Counted from the first letter of the stretch, positions 1 to 12,540 are shown. The stretch: 64,000 nucleotides of DNA from Octopus sinensis (GCF_006345805.1 NC_043006.1:28582001-28646000); one strand, 5' to 3'. The notes: a model not told the origin generated them from the letters alone. Translations and numbers: made by a program.

Positions 1-19
1 GGTGTGTATCGCGATTGCT

Positions 20-690
20 ACTTATATTCTTTGCTCGATGTTTCAGGCACTGAGCAGACCCTCTCTTTACACTGTATAGATGGTGGGAATTGAAGTTGAG
101 GTATCGCACAGTGAAGGTCGGCTTGCGGTATACGGATGCCCTGAATCCATACTTGGTGTGTGTTATTTCCTTTTCCATTGTGAACTGTATGGATGGCTTT
201 ATTGAGTTCACATAATCTAACAGCACTTGGATATCTTCCTAGTGGGGCCAGAGCATAAAGATGTCATCAGCATATTGCAGCCATAGGGTTGGTTTTAGTG
301 GTGTTGATCCTAAAGCCAAATTCTCAAAGCCAATATATACTTGGAATACTTTGAGAATTTGGCTTTAGGATCAACACCACTAAAACCAACCCTATGGCTG
401 TGATATGTTGATGACACCTTTATACTCTGGCTCTACCAGGAAAATGTCCAAGTGCTGTTAGATTATGTGAACTCAAAGTCATCCATACAGTTCACAATGG
501 AAAAGGATAAAGACAATCAGCTAGCATTCGTGGACCTATTAATAACACGCATGAAATATGGATTCAGGACATCCGTATACCGCAAGCCGACCTTCACTGG
601 ATGATACCTCTATTTCAATTCCCACCATCCATTCAGTGTAAGGAGAGGGATTACTCAGTGCCTAAAACATCAAGCAAAGAATACACCACT
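20..690. mobile_element. Inverted pair of decayed Penelope-like reverse transcriptase fragments
   Basis: +349-690 encodes PTLWL*YVDDTFILW...QFTMEKDKDNQLAFVDLL...YRKPTFTG*YLYFNSHHPF; ~20-329 is its reverse-complement copy. Confidence 0.85.
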
Positions 691-698
691 GGAAAGTA

Positions 699-1260
699 TT
701 GAGGTTCACACTCCACTTCTCCCTAAGCATAAAAACTTGTGTAGATAAGATCTTCCTCAGCTTAGTGGATAAACACTTTCCCCATATGAATAAGTTCTGT
801 AAAATATTTAATAGGCACACTTTAAGAGATTCTTTTAGCTGTGCATCTAGTATAAAGAAAATATTAGAAGGTAGGCCCACACCTAAGACAGAGTGCTTAT
901 GCAGAAACAACACGACATGCTCCCTTAACAACCACTACAACAAAGAGACAATCATCAAAGGACCCAAGTGGGCAGTCAAACAAGGAGTAGTATGTGGGTG
1001 TAACAGAAGATCCTTTCAGGATCAGACTGTACATCTATTAGTCCTCCTTTAATATCCAGGAGAGATACAATGTCACAGCCCTCGCTAGGCATATACAACC
1101 ATTGAAGGAAAGTGCCATGGTTTTTCAACATCAAGTGGAAAATCATGGAAAAACTCAAGCCTTATTTTAACAGTAGCTGGAAGTGCAGGCTTTGCTAGCT
1201 GAGCAAAGAATCTTTTAAACATTTTTTTCACCCAGGCATCTACCTATAAAGCAGGAGACA
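699..1260 (+). mobile_element. Penelope-like element remnant (linker, Cys-rich region, GIY-YIG endonuclease)
   Basis: FLSLVDKHFPHMNKFCKIFNRHTLRDSFSC; CLCRNNTTCSLN; YVGVTEDPFRIR; IKWKIMEKLKPY...CRLC, with frameshifts. Confidence 0.8.
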
Positions 1261-1654
1261 AATATTTAGCTCACTCCCACATTATGGCTTACCTACAGGC
1301 TCCATCATAATTATAAACGTTAGGTCTTTCACCACATATTTTGAGAACCCAGCAAAGTTTTGGCCAAACTATACACACAGATACATACACATAATGCACC
1401 CACACAAGGGGGTTAAATGTCTCCAATAAAAATCCACTATACAAATATTAACCTTGCAAACATATCAATCCCTTCAACTCTCTCTACACACATATTAACT
1501 CACCCCACCTTTGCTGCATCACAAATTCACTCAAAGTTTGAGGGGTAAGGACATAATTCTTCATAATTCCCTTGCTAAATTGCCTCCTGTGGCATCATTT
1601 CAACGTTTTCACAGCACCCACAAAGCAGATGTGACACCACCACACCTCTGATAA

Positions 1655-1860
1655 TAGAAAGTGGCAAGCTGGCACAATCATTAGCATGCCAGGCAAAATG
1701 TTTAGCGGCATTTTGTTTTTCTTTATTTTGAGTTCAAACTCCACCAAGGTCAACTTTGCCTTTTATCTTTTCAAGGTCGATAAAATAAGTACCAGTTAAA
1801 CACTGGAGTCAATGTAATTGACTAGCGTCTTCCCCTGAAATTGCTGGCCTTGTGCCAAAA
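1655..1860 (+). mobile_element. tRNA-derived SINE family A, degenerate
   Basis: Matches 2903-3130 in reverse; further copies at ~10870-11090(+), 35817-36030(+), 40523-40741(-), 46008-46210(-), 60990-61220(+). Confidence 0.75.
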
Positions 1861-1881
1861 TTTGAAACCATTTTTATTTAC

Positions 1882-2032
1882 CCTATTATTCATATTGAAT
1901 GGGTAACCTCCGATATAAAAGTGGGTTGTTTCAGGATTGAGTTCCAACAAAGAAAAGGCACTGTTAGACTTGTCTGTTGCAACTTCTGATTTGTTTCCAT
2001 TTGATACAAGAAGTTCAACCGATGAACCAGTT
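1882..2032 (-). CDS. LanA: Laminin alpha exon, LG1
   Basis: TGSSVELLVSNGNKSEVATDKSNSAFSLLELNPETTHFYIGGYPFNMNNR; phase 2 to 0; no further exon found between 1 and 1881. Confidence 0.93.
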
Positions 2033-2902
2033 CTGCAAAGTGAAAAACGGGAAAAGATAAACAAAATGGCATTACTGCAACATTTTAGAAAAGAATATTA
2101 AGACAGAAAAGTTCAAAAGGAATATTAATAAAAACAAATAAAATGAAATTTAATTATATAAAATTTGACAGATACAGCATGGTGATTCTGAATTAGATTT
2201 CAAGGCAGCTTGAACCCCCCCACCCCAAAAAAAAGAAAGAAAAGAAAATGCTTTCCACCATAGTCTCATGCTGACTCAGTAATGTAAGTGGAATTTGGTG
2301 GTCAGGAAATGGAAAACTTTTTATACACTTACAAGGGGGTGCTGAAAAGTTCCCTGGCTTTAAGAGTATTTAAGATTATTGAGTGAATCTTAAGGATTAT
2401 AAATCTAATATTTTCCTATCCTTCCTTAATACCAGTTCCCATATGCTACTCATATCTGCACTCAGTTTGCTTAGGAGGTTGTTGTGTCCTAGCATATGTG
2501 CTGCTCCTTTTAGTCTTCGTACCTTCCAACCTTTCAACTCCTTTTACAGGGCTTCGAAAAACTGACCCCTCAAAGGCTTCAAATTCACAGAACTTACTTT
2601 CAAGTCTACTGTTTATATGATAGTGTGTTAAAAAGTTCCTGGCTTTAAGGGCATTGCAAAAGGTCCAACCTTCCGATTTCTTTTACAGGGCTTAGAAAAA
2701 CTGAAGGACTGCTGCAATAAGTGTGTGAATATGAGAGGGGAATATGTTGAATAAAATCATAATTAACTAATCCTCCTGTATTTTCTTTTACCCAAAGCCA
2801 GGAACATTTAAGCACCCCTTTGTATGATTATACATCCACCAATCTGATTAGCTAAATCATATCCATGTAAGCATTAATGCCTTTTATGGTAATATATATA
2901 TT

Positions 2903-3130
2903 TCTCTATTACCCACAAGGGGCTAAACATAGAGGGGACAAACAAGGATAGACAAACGGATTAAGCCGATTACATCAACCCCGGTGCGAAACTGGTACTT
3001 TATTTATCGACCCCGGAAGGATGAAAGGCAAAGTCGACCTCGGCGGAATTTGAACTCAGAACGTAACGACAGACGAAATACCACAAAGCATTTCGCCTGG
3101 CGTGCTAACGTTTCTGCCAGCTCGCCGCCT
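2903..3130 (-). mobile_element. tRNA-derived SINE family A, full length
   Basis: Head ggcggcgagctggcagaaacgttagc...gttctgagttcaaattcc (A/B-box-like); flanked by a 16-bp TSD TTTATGGTAATATATA (2883-2898 / 3130-3145). Confidence 0.85.
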
Positions 3131-3386
3131 TTTATGGTAATATATAGTAAGGTCATGATCCTAAACTGGGGAACTTGAGTGAGATGGTTTGAAACTCAGA
3201 AAGACAAAAATATATCACATTTGGTATCATATGGAGAAGGTAACATTTTGAATGCAGTATAACTGTGAAAACAGCAGAAAAATTGGGTATTATTACAAAC
3301 AAAACAAAAGTTTGTTTACATATGTTGTTGTTACATTCTGAAAACGCTATGTATTTAACTTAATTTGATGGAGATTGTTGTCAATG

Positions 3387-3457
3387 GGCAGCTTAGCTTA
3401 ATGGTAGAGTACTCAGCTGGTATCTGAGAGGTGCAGGTTTGAGTCCTGTGGCTGTCT
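3387..3457 (+). tRNA. tRNA-like cloverleaf, anticodon GGT (Thr); probably a pseudogene or SINE head
   Basis: Acceptor GGCAGCT/GGCTGTC, anticodon arm CTCAG-CTGGTAT-CTGAG, T arm GCAGG-TTTGAGT-CCTGT (TTC to TTT), T6 run at 3467-3472. Confidence 0.5.
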
Positions 3458-4027
3458 GTTGACAACTTTTTTCTGCCTTATAAGGGTAGTAATACCTAAT
3501 CTTTTTTATGTTTTCATGGCTATACAGCATTCGAAATATTACCTTCTTGTCTGTATAATACAATACACGTTTGACACTTCTAAAAACAAAATATCTAAGT
3601 TGGGTTTGATCCAAGAATTTAGTAAGATCAAAATAAATAAAAAGCGAATTCTGCAAGTCTTAGTGCAATCAGCACCTGTCTTGGAGAACCTAATTTCTAA
3701 TTAAAACTGTTGATGTATAATAGAGGAAGCTTTAGTCTTGCTGCAGACACACTCTGCAACTGGTAGCATGATAAAACCTATTGGGTCAACACTGCAGAGT
3801 GGTTGGTCATAGGAATAGCATCCAACAGTACAATACATGCCAAAAGTACAAGACATACAAAAATTAATTCTGTTGCTATGTATACAGGATCAAGAAAAAC
3901 TGCAATAAGTGTCAAGATGCTATGAAACTTGTCCAATACAATACAATAGTAACCATATCAAATGATATGCCCTCAACAGGAGAATACAATAATAATTATT
4001 TATATCAAATGATGTACAAAAATTAAC

Positions 4028-4155
4028 CTTTTAGCTTCAATATAGTGCCAAACATTTGGTTGAACAAATAATTGGTTTTTAACAGTTGTTATGCCAGATC
4101 CCAGATTATATTTCATTACAACGTAGTTATCGACCAATTCCAAAGCAAGAAAATC
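4028..4155 (-). CDS. LanA: Laminin alpha exon, LG1
   Basis: DFLALELVDNYVVMKYNLGSGITTVKNQLFVQPNVWHYIEAKR; phase 0 to 2. Confidence 0.95.
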
Positions 4156-4385
4156 CTGAAAATAAAAAAGAAAAAAAAAAGAATATCAGAAAACATAGCT
4201 CATAGATAATTAGACCATGTATGATTAGACCATTTATAATTAGTCCATACATTATTAAGTCATACAAAATTAGTCAATATATCAACTGTGTTGAAAAATG
4301 GTCCAATTGTTCAATCCCTGCTTTCAGTTTTAATAAATTACAGAAACAAGAGTGCTTCCAATTTTTGACTCACCCTAGTATATTG

Positions 4386-5420
4386 TACAGGGTATCCCAG
4401 AAAGATTTACCCATTGATATTTCTTGATTATTCATAATAAACACAAGGTAGGATAATGAAATTTGGCACACGCATTCTAATGAAAATTGTCAATCCATTA
4501 CAGTAGTTATTAGGTCATCCCATAAATAATGCAGTTTTTTTATACTTCTTTTATTTTTCAAAATTAAGACAAACTTCTTTTTTAATCTAAAATATACATT
4601 CCTACATTTTCTACAATGCCCTTCCATTTATCTGGTAGACTTGCAAGGCCCTACTTCTAAAATTCACTTGTCTGTGATGAAAAATACTCCTCCAGTACTG
4701 TTCTGACCTCAATTACAGAATTCATATTTTTTCCACTCAAATGATTTTGAAGACTGCAGAATAAATGATAATTAGCTGGGGCAATATCCAGTGAATATGG
4801 TGGGTGGGGCATCATTTCCTATCCAAACTGCTCTGGCCTTTGGAATGTCATCCTCGCTGTATGTGGCCAAGCATTATCCTGATGGAAGAGCACCTTTCGT
4901 TTTGAAACCAAAGATGATCATTTTTCTTCTAGTGCTCATTTAAGCTGCTCAAGCTGCTTGCACTAGATCTCCTTTGTTATCGTTTAGTTTGGGTTTAAAA
5001 ATTCAAAGTGGACTAAAGCTTTCATATCCCACTAAACAGATAACAACACCTTACGTGGGTGAAGACCTTTTTTAGCCTAGGGTGTCGGTGTTTCTCCTTT
5101 CCCTACTCACTGTCTTTGGCACCTGACATTTTTATAGAGAACCCATTTCTCATCACCAGTCACTATTCAGTCCAAAAAAGGTCCATTTGTGAGACATGAC
5201 AGCAAAGAAGAGCACACATTCACTCTCTGCGCACAATTAGACTCGGAAAGTTTGTGAGGAACCAATGACCCAATTTGCTATTTTGCAATAGCACATGGGT
5301 GTCAATGAATGGTTGAATGACCAAATCCAAGCTTCTCTGTTAATTCTTCAACAATTACAATAGCCCTTGAAAAAATTTTGGTTTAGATGTATTTATTGTA
5401 AGAAACAGCTCAGTTTCTTT
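4386..5420 (-). mobile_element. Mariner (DD34D) transposase fossil
   Basis: LFHQDNAWPHTAR...PHPPYSLDIAPANYHLFCSLQNHL; 34-residue spacing to the third (mutated) Asp; TIR-like tacagggtatccc at 4386. Confidence 0.8.
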
Positions 5421-5514
5421 CTCTAATGTTTTACTTAGTTCAATTTACACTGGTGAATGTGTGAATAGGAATTTTGAAAGAAGCATCAAGAAAACTAGTT
5501 TTTAAATTCACTCA

Positions 5515-5990
5515 GAGAGAAAGGCAGACTGTATGATGCATGTGTGCAAACTGCTATGCTACATGGCAGTGAAACATGGGCTGTGACTGCTGAGGACATG
5601 TGTAGGCTTGAAAGAAATTAAGCTAGTACACTCTACTGGATGTGTAATGTCAGTGTGCATACACAACATAGTGTGACTTCAGAGAAAAGTAAGAAGCATC
5701 AGATGTGGTGTGCAAGAGAGACAACTGTACTGGTATGGTCATGTGTTGTGTATGGATGAAGACAACTGTGTGAAGAAGTGTCACCCCCTAATAGTGGAGG
5801 GAACCTGTGGAAGAGGTAGGCCCAGGAAGACATGGGATGAGGTGGTGAAGCATGACCTTTGAATGTTGGGCCTCAGAGAGGCAATGACAAGCAACTGAAA
5901 CCTTTGCTTGAGAAGTCCTGGCAAGCCAAGTGAGATCATAGTCATGGCTGATGCCAGTGTTGCTTAACTGGCCTGTTTAAAAGTACAGGC
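5515..5990 (+). mobile_element. RTE-clade LINE 3' fragment
   Basis: KGRLYDACVQTAMLHGSETWAVTAEDMCRLERN...RGRPRKTW. Confidence 0.85.
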
Positions 5991-6013
5991 ATGGTGCAGA
6001 TAAAAGACCCATC

Positions 6014-6135
6014 AAATGTGATTTATGCCTGCTGGAAAAATATTTCATTTTATTCCAGGACAATAACTCTTTAAATCAAAGAAGCGAACTCTTGAATTCC
6101 TGCAGACATGAAGCTAAATTTAAAATGTCAGCTAG
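6014..6135 (+). mobile_element. Penelope-like endonuclease C-terminus
   Basis: KCDLCLLEKYFILFQDNNSLNQRSELLNSCRHEAKF. Confidence 0.8.
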
Positions 6136-7797
6136 CAATATACCATATGGATAGCATATATTTTTGATTCTTGGTCTAGTTTTTAATCACACTGTTGGAT
6201 TTGTTTCTTATTATGCATGATTTATTCTGCATCGCAAAGTTATTGTATATATTTCGACATAATTTTTAAGGAAAACCCTCAACTGTTATATACAAATATT
6301 ATTTTCTTGTTTAAGATTCTTTTATTTTATTTCATTTTTTATTTCATTTTATTGTATTTTATAAATCCATTTTAATCGTTTAATTTATAGATAATTCGAT
6401 ATAAGGTATTCTATTTTGCATGTCTTTTATCCAAATTTTATTATTATGCACTCAGCAATTTTTTAAAATAATGTTGTTTGTATATATGTCAGGACCTAGA
6501 CATGTTTTCATGTGGATGTTTGTATTGTTGGCATGCATATGTATTTGTATGTATGCGCTTATTTATATGTGTAAGTAAGCGTGTATGTTTATACATATGC
6601 ACATACATGCATGGATGTATATATATATATATATATATGCAGGTATTCACTTGAATTTGTGTGGATGTGTATTTATGTAATTATTTCCATATATTTATAT
6701 GTGTTCTTATATGTGTATTTACTGCTAATATACACTTTTATATATACATGTATATGTAATTTTATTTTGTGTACGTTCGTTACGCATATTCAAACTCCTA
6801 TCTTTCCTTTGTTATGAAAAAGTATTTTTTCTCCCCCTATTTGTTATTTGTATAGAGTCTTTTAACTTTATGAGCTCCTCCCCTTCTCTTACTCACTTAT
6901 TTAGCTAACTGTTGCTTATAACATCCTTACCTTTTCTATTTCTTTTTCTTCCCCCCTCTGCATTTTACTTCTAGTATATATGTATACACCAAGTGATTTT
7001 TGCATGCGGGCAAGATTGCGTACATATGTATATATATGTATGTGTGTATTTGTGTGTATATTTACGTCTTACATATGTCTTCATATGCATATGGTCTGTG
7101 TATATACTGTCGTAAAATATTTTAACTTTTAATGTATTAATTGTATTAATCGAATTATATTTCATATATAATTAATGACAATATGCATTTTGAATCCGCT
7201 CTTCAATTTAAGGTTTTTCCTCGATTTTTTTTTATAATAGGATGAATTTATATTGAATTCATTTATTTTGTTTATCACATGCTTAAGACCGTTATTTGAA
7301 AGGACCAATGAAACAAATCCATTTTTAAAGGTGTATCCTTTAACTAGTTTTGATCATATCGTTATTTCTGTTCTATTGTAACAAAACTGTCCAACAAACG
7401 GGAACGTGAAACTCTGAGTAATAGCTTTTGTTATATTTCTGCTGCTTTTAAATAAAGCATATTACTCTACCTCTGGTATTTGAGTACTTTTTTTTTCCAC
7501 CTTGTTTCACATTTATGTGCTTACTCTGGTATATATATATATTATGCATGCATGCATGTATGTATGTATGCATGCATATATGTATACATGCATGCATGCA
7601 TGTATATATTGCATACCATATACATAATATGTCATATATATATTTTATGTCATACATTGTCTGTCATGTTTGTTGTATGCCATGTATACTATATTGTTTA
7701 TACTTTGTCATGTATATTGTGTCACATGTGTGTATGCAAACACAAACACACGTGCACACCTCATACAGAATAGAAAATGACGTAAGCTATAACATAC

Positions 7798-7965
7798 CTC
7801 ATTTAAAGGAGCCGGTTCAAATGGATTGCCAATATAAGCCAACAACCCATTGTTAGATACTGGATTGATAAACATTTGTATTTTGTTGTTGGAATAAGAG
7901 CCTGGTACAGAAGGGCTACGTAGTTGTAGAGTGGTGTTAGGGAACATTTTCAAGCTCACAATAAT
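7798..7965 (-). CDS. LanA: Laminin alpha exon, start of LG1
   Basis: IIVSLKMFPNTTLQLRSP...NNGLLAYIGNPFEPAPLNE; phase 0 to 0. Confidence 0.92.
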
Positions 7966-9384
7966 CTGAAAGTAAAAAAAACACAACAGTTATAAAAACA
8001 TGTACAAATATATTTGTATTTGTGACTGTAGCAAGAGGTCTGCCTCTCAACTACATGGTACCACACTCACTCCCACTATGGCATCTTGGGCTAGTATCTT
8101 CTGCTAAGCCTTGTGAGTGGGTTTGGTATACAGAAATTGAAAGAAGCCTATCACGTGTGTGTGTGTATTTGTGTTTGCATGTTTGTCTTTGTGTTTATCC
8201 CTCACTACCACTCGACAATGAGGATTTGTTCACATTTCAATAACTCATGAGTTTCTTGCCAAAAGCAACAGATTATTGCTTCTGCACCCACCCTATTCAC
8301 CAGATTTGGCACTTGCGGACTTCCATCTCTTCCCCAATATGAAAATGCTGCTCAAAGGTTGCCAGTTTAACAGTGTTTTTGAGATCCAGCTGTTTGGCAA
8401 AAGATAAGTACCAGGCTTATAAAAATAAGTGCTAAGGTTGATTCCTGTAACTACAAACATTTAAGGCATGGCCACATCATGGCTGCAATCCAATGACTGA
8501 AACAAAAAACAAAAGATAAATGTGTTCTTATAATTATGCTTAAGGAGTACTGAAGTGACTCTCTTAAAGATCATATATGAGAAGGCACTGAAAAGTTCCT
8601 GGCTTTAAGGGTGTTGCGAAAGGTCAGGTTGGAGGCCTAAGGATTTGCTTTAGCCTGAGGCTGTAGTAGAAGACACTTGCCCAATATGTCATGAGGTAGG
8701 ACTGAACCCAAAAACCATGAGATTGAGAAGCAAACTTTTTAACACATCTACACCTGCACCTATTTGTTTTTTTTTTATTTAAGCTGTCTTTCAAAAATGG
8801 CTGCAGACAATATTTTTTGAATGACAACTTATCTGATGATTTCCATGGGCAAAGGTGAAAACATATACTTAATGACAGCAATATATAAACTGTCCTCATC
8901 TCTGCCATCTGCCATTCTCCTTTTATATTCTCCTGAACCAACCTAACCACCCAGCCAGCTTTGATTCTCTACCCCTATTCTCTCTCTAGCCATCTTGTAG
9001 CTTGAGAGTATAACTTGATATTTCATTTCCACCATCCTTCCTTTTTTCCTGCTGGGATAGCCATACATCTCCTCTACAGCAAGACACAAGCTCCTGTTTT
9101 CCATTCCTACATAAACCTCTCAACATCTAACAAAAATCACCTCCCTCAATACTGCACTTCTACTCTGTCAAGGTGTCTCCTCTTGCAAGTTACTTAGGGA
9201 CACCATCAGTACTCATGCCATAAAATAAAGCACTCAATACACAGAGTAATGTAGTTGGCATTAGAAAGGCCATCAAGCCATAGGAAGCTTGCCAAAACAG
9301 ACTTTGGAGACCAATGCAACCATCAGGCTGGTCAGATTCTGTTGAACCATCCAATTCATTCCAGCATGGAGTATGGATGTTATG

Positions 9385-9757
9385 TTATTACCTCCACTTT
9401 AGCGAAGGCAGAGGAAATGTTTTCAGTCATGTTTGTTTGTTTGTTTGTTTGTCCGTGGACAAGATATCTTAAGAACCACTGGATAGATTCAGATGAAACT
9501 TTCAGGTATGTTTGGCCTCATGACTGGCACGAACTGATTAGATTTTGGGATCAATCTGGTACTGGACAAGGTTTCTAGATTATTTTTCTGCTCTTTTTAA
9601 TTTTTGAGAGTGGTCAGGTTCATTTTTAGTACTCTCGTTTGTGAGAGCAGTCGAGTTAATTTCAGATATTCTCATTTTAAAATTCATCTCTGGCTAATCA
9701 TTGAGAGGACATTGGTGTTGCCTTGGCAGAGGTTTGTGCTCTCTGAGTGCTATTGTT
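9385..9757 (+). mobile_element. Helentron-associated non-autonomous element (HINE/DINE-1-like)
   Basis: 5' ttacctcc...aagg, (GTTT)n tract, sub-terminal ccttggcagaggt and 3' hairpin gtgctctctgagtgc. Confidence 0.75.
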
Positions 9758-10191
9758 ATTATTGCGACAACAACGATGATGATGATGATGTGGGTGTGTA
9801 TATATATATATATAAAAATCAAAAAGTTTAAAATGTAAATTCTATAAGGAATATGCTGCAAAAAGGTTAGGGAAATCTTTTGTTGGAGGTGTTTGTATAT
9901 CTGTGTCTTTTTACTACTTGCCCATTAGATATTGGTTCTAAAGTCACATGATTCTAACACAAGGAATATTGTCCTATGCCTCTTCGTCAGCAAGATAGGA
10001 GGGATCATCTCCCTTCTTTTAGAATAAGCCAACACGAAAAAACAAAAAGACAGACATGTATGCATTCACACATACACATATATACATGGATACATCTATG
10101 TATATACATATACATATAGAGGCAATTACATGGATAAACAAATTAGATGTATTAAATATAACAGTTTGGGTATGAAATACAAAATAATATA

Positions 10192-10586
10192 AGTACAAGA
10201 GTGGTTGTGTGGTAAGTAGCTTGCTTACCAACCACATGGTTCTGGGTTCAGTCCCACTGCATGGCACCTTGGGCAAGTGTCTACAACTATAGCCTCAGGC
10301 CGACCAAAGCCTTGTGAGTGGATTTGGTAGACAAAAACTGAAAGAAGCCCATCATGTATATATGTGTGCATGTATGTGTGTGTGTGTATATGTTTATGTT
10401 TGTGTCTGTGTTTGTCCCTCCCACCCTCGCTTGACAATCAATGTTGGTGTGTTTATGTCCCTGTAACTTAGCAGTTCAACAAAAGAGACCGATAGTGTAA
10501 GTACTAGGCTTACAAAGAATAAGTCCTGGGGTTGAATTGTTTGACTAAAGGCGGTGCAATCAAATGACTGAAAAGAATAAAAGAAT
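10192..10586 (+). mobile_element. tRNA-derived SINE family B
   Basis: gtggttgtgtggtaagtagcttgc...gggttcagtccc head, internal (TG)n, tail ggcggtgc...gactgaaa; other copies ~8010-8520, 19146-19400, 20640-20780, 26180-26610, 27960-28120, 34660-34820, 58400-58560, 60490-60660. Confidence 0.85.
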
Positions 10587-11888
10587 GTGTACATGCAAAA
10601 CGTAAAAAAGCTAAAATGAAAACTTTCAGATGATGAATATTGAAGTATAAATATATAGATATTTATATTAATAATCCATCTTACACAGAATACAAAATGA
10701 CAGAGAAAATTAAAGGGGAGGAAAAAAGGTGTTATAAGTCCATCAGCTGCTTGTAGAGGCTTGGAGATCCAAGCCTCTACATCTTTGTAGATGTAGTTCA
10801 TCACAATATGCAGCCGTAATGGAAGCCATCCACGTTGGATAAATCAAGCCTCTGTCATCAGGGTATGATGGATCGACGGAATTTGAGCTACGTTCTGATG
10901 ACCTCGGCAGAATTTGAGTTATGATTTGAGTTCAAATTCCGCCGAGGTTGACTTTGCCTTTCATCTTTTCGGGGTTGATTAAATAAGTACCAGTTACGCA
11001 CTGGGGTTGATATAATCAACTTACTCTGTTAGTCTGTCCTTGTTTGTCCTCTTTGTGTTTCGCTCCTTGTGGGTAGTAAAGAAATAGGTACGATGGATCT
11101 CCAAGTCCCCCTTAAATTTTCTCTGTCATTTATACTCTGTGTAAGTTGGATTTGTTGATATAAATATCTATATATTAACACTTAAATATTCATTGTCTGA
11201 AAGTTTTCACTTTATACTTTCTGTCATTTTGCATGTAAACATATACACATATTTTGTATATTGTACCTGAACTGTTATATTTAATATATCTGATTTGCTT
11301 ATCTGCTTAACTGCCTCCATATCTACTCAACTTGATCCCTCTTATAATCATTATTTACCCCATGGAATTGATCCCTAGTAAAGACATTGGAGTCTATGTT
11401 TGAACCATCTAAGCATTATGAAGTATCTTCTATACTGAGAATCTCTGGATCTAATCTGTTGACTATATACACATACATATTTGTACAGATACACACATGG
11501 ACAATATGCATTTACATATACATATGCATGCATATATACACATACGTACATATGCAGACACACAGACACAAATACATACACACACATTTTTCTTCCTTTC
11601 TTCTCAGACACTTACCTTCGTTCTCATACTTCTTATATTCTTTTTTTTCTGATGAATGACTTAGTCCAAAATATTAAGGTTCTTACTCTTCTGTTCTATT
11701 GAACCATTAGACTAATACAATATTTGTCCAAATTTGTCCTCCCTGTGTTGTCTTTTTCTTTTTGCTTTTGTTCATTACATTTACAATACATACACACAGA
11801 TATATTGGTGGATACACACACAAATATCACCAGCATTATCATTCCAACCTTCGATCTTCATTAATGTATTGACCAATATGTGTGTGTA

Positions 11889-11919
<31 letters not shown>

Positions 11920-12002
11920 TTGTGTGTGTGTGTGTGTTTGTGTGTGAATGTGCATGTGTGTGTAAACATACAAAGAAGGAATTAAAATATTTGGTAACTT
12001 AC

Positions 12003-12154
12003 TGCATTGGCTGCTGATCTTGCTAATTCAATTTGCTTCCTAAGATGTTTTAAATCTACCGCAGCTTTGTCAGACTTGGACTTCAAAGAATTCACTTCAC
12101 TGCTCATATTGACTACTTTGGAAATGATATCATTTACCTTCACTTTCACATTAG
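12003..12154 (-). CDS. LanA: Laminin alpha exon, end of coiled coil
   Basis: NVKVKVNDIISKVVNMSSEVNSLKSKSDKAAVDLKHLRKQIELARSAANA (LxxQIExARxxAN motif); phase 1 to 0. Confidence 0.93.
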
Positions 12155-12217
12155 CTGTTAGATAAGAAGAAACAATATTTACCATATTTACAAGAATTTA
12201 AGCACGAAACAATAACG

Positions 12218-12253
<36 letters not shown>

Positions 12254-12540
12254 ATAAAAATGTTAAGACAACAAAAGAATGACAGAGACCTCGATATTAT
12301 GTAAATAGAGCAATTTATCTGTAAATGTAATATGTGACAATTATTCGGTAGCCATGATAAAACTCTGAGTTTCAGATGCCGAGGTGGAAATCCATGCTGC
12401 CATCTCTTCAATTATTCGGCCATTTTTCTGATGGTGGCGTGGAGTTCCACCTCGGCATCTGAAACTCGGAGTTTTATCATGGCTACCAAATAATTGTCAC
12501 ATAAATGTAACATTTATATATAAATGTAATATGTGACAGT

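Noticed and set aside
7395-7425. GAAAC-TCTGA-GTA-ATAG hammerhead-like 3' half
   Set aside because: No recognisable CUGANGA core in register upstream; at most a dead remnant.
6581-7856. His/Tyr/Ile/Cys-rich ORFs, also at 11.4-12 kb, 31 kb, 44.5 kb, 48.4 kb and 62.7 kb
   Set aside because: Translations of (TA)n, (TG)n and (CATA)n microsatellites.
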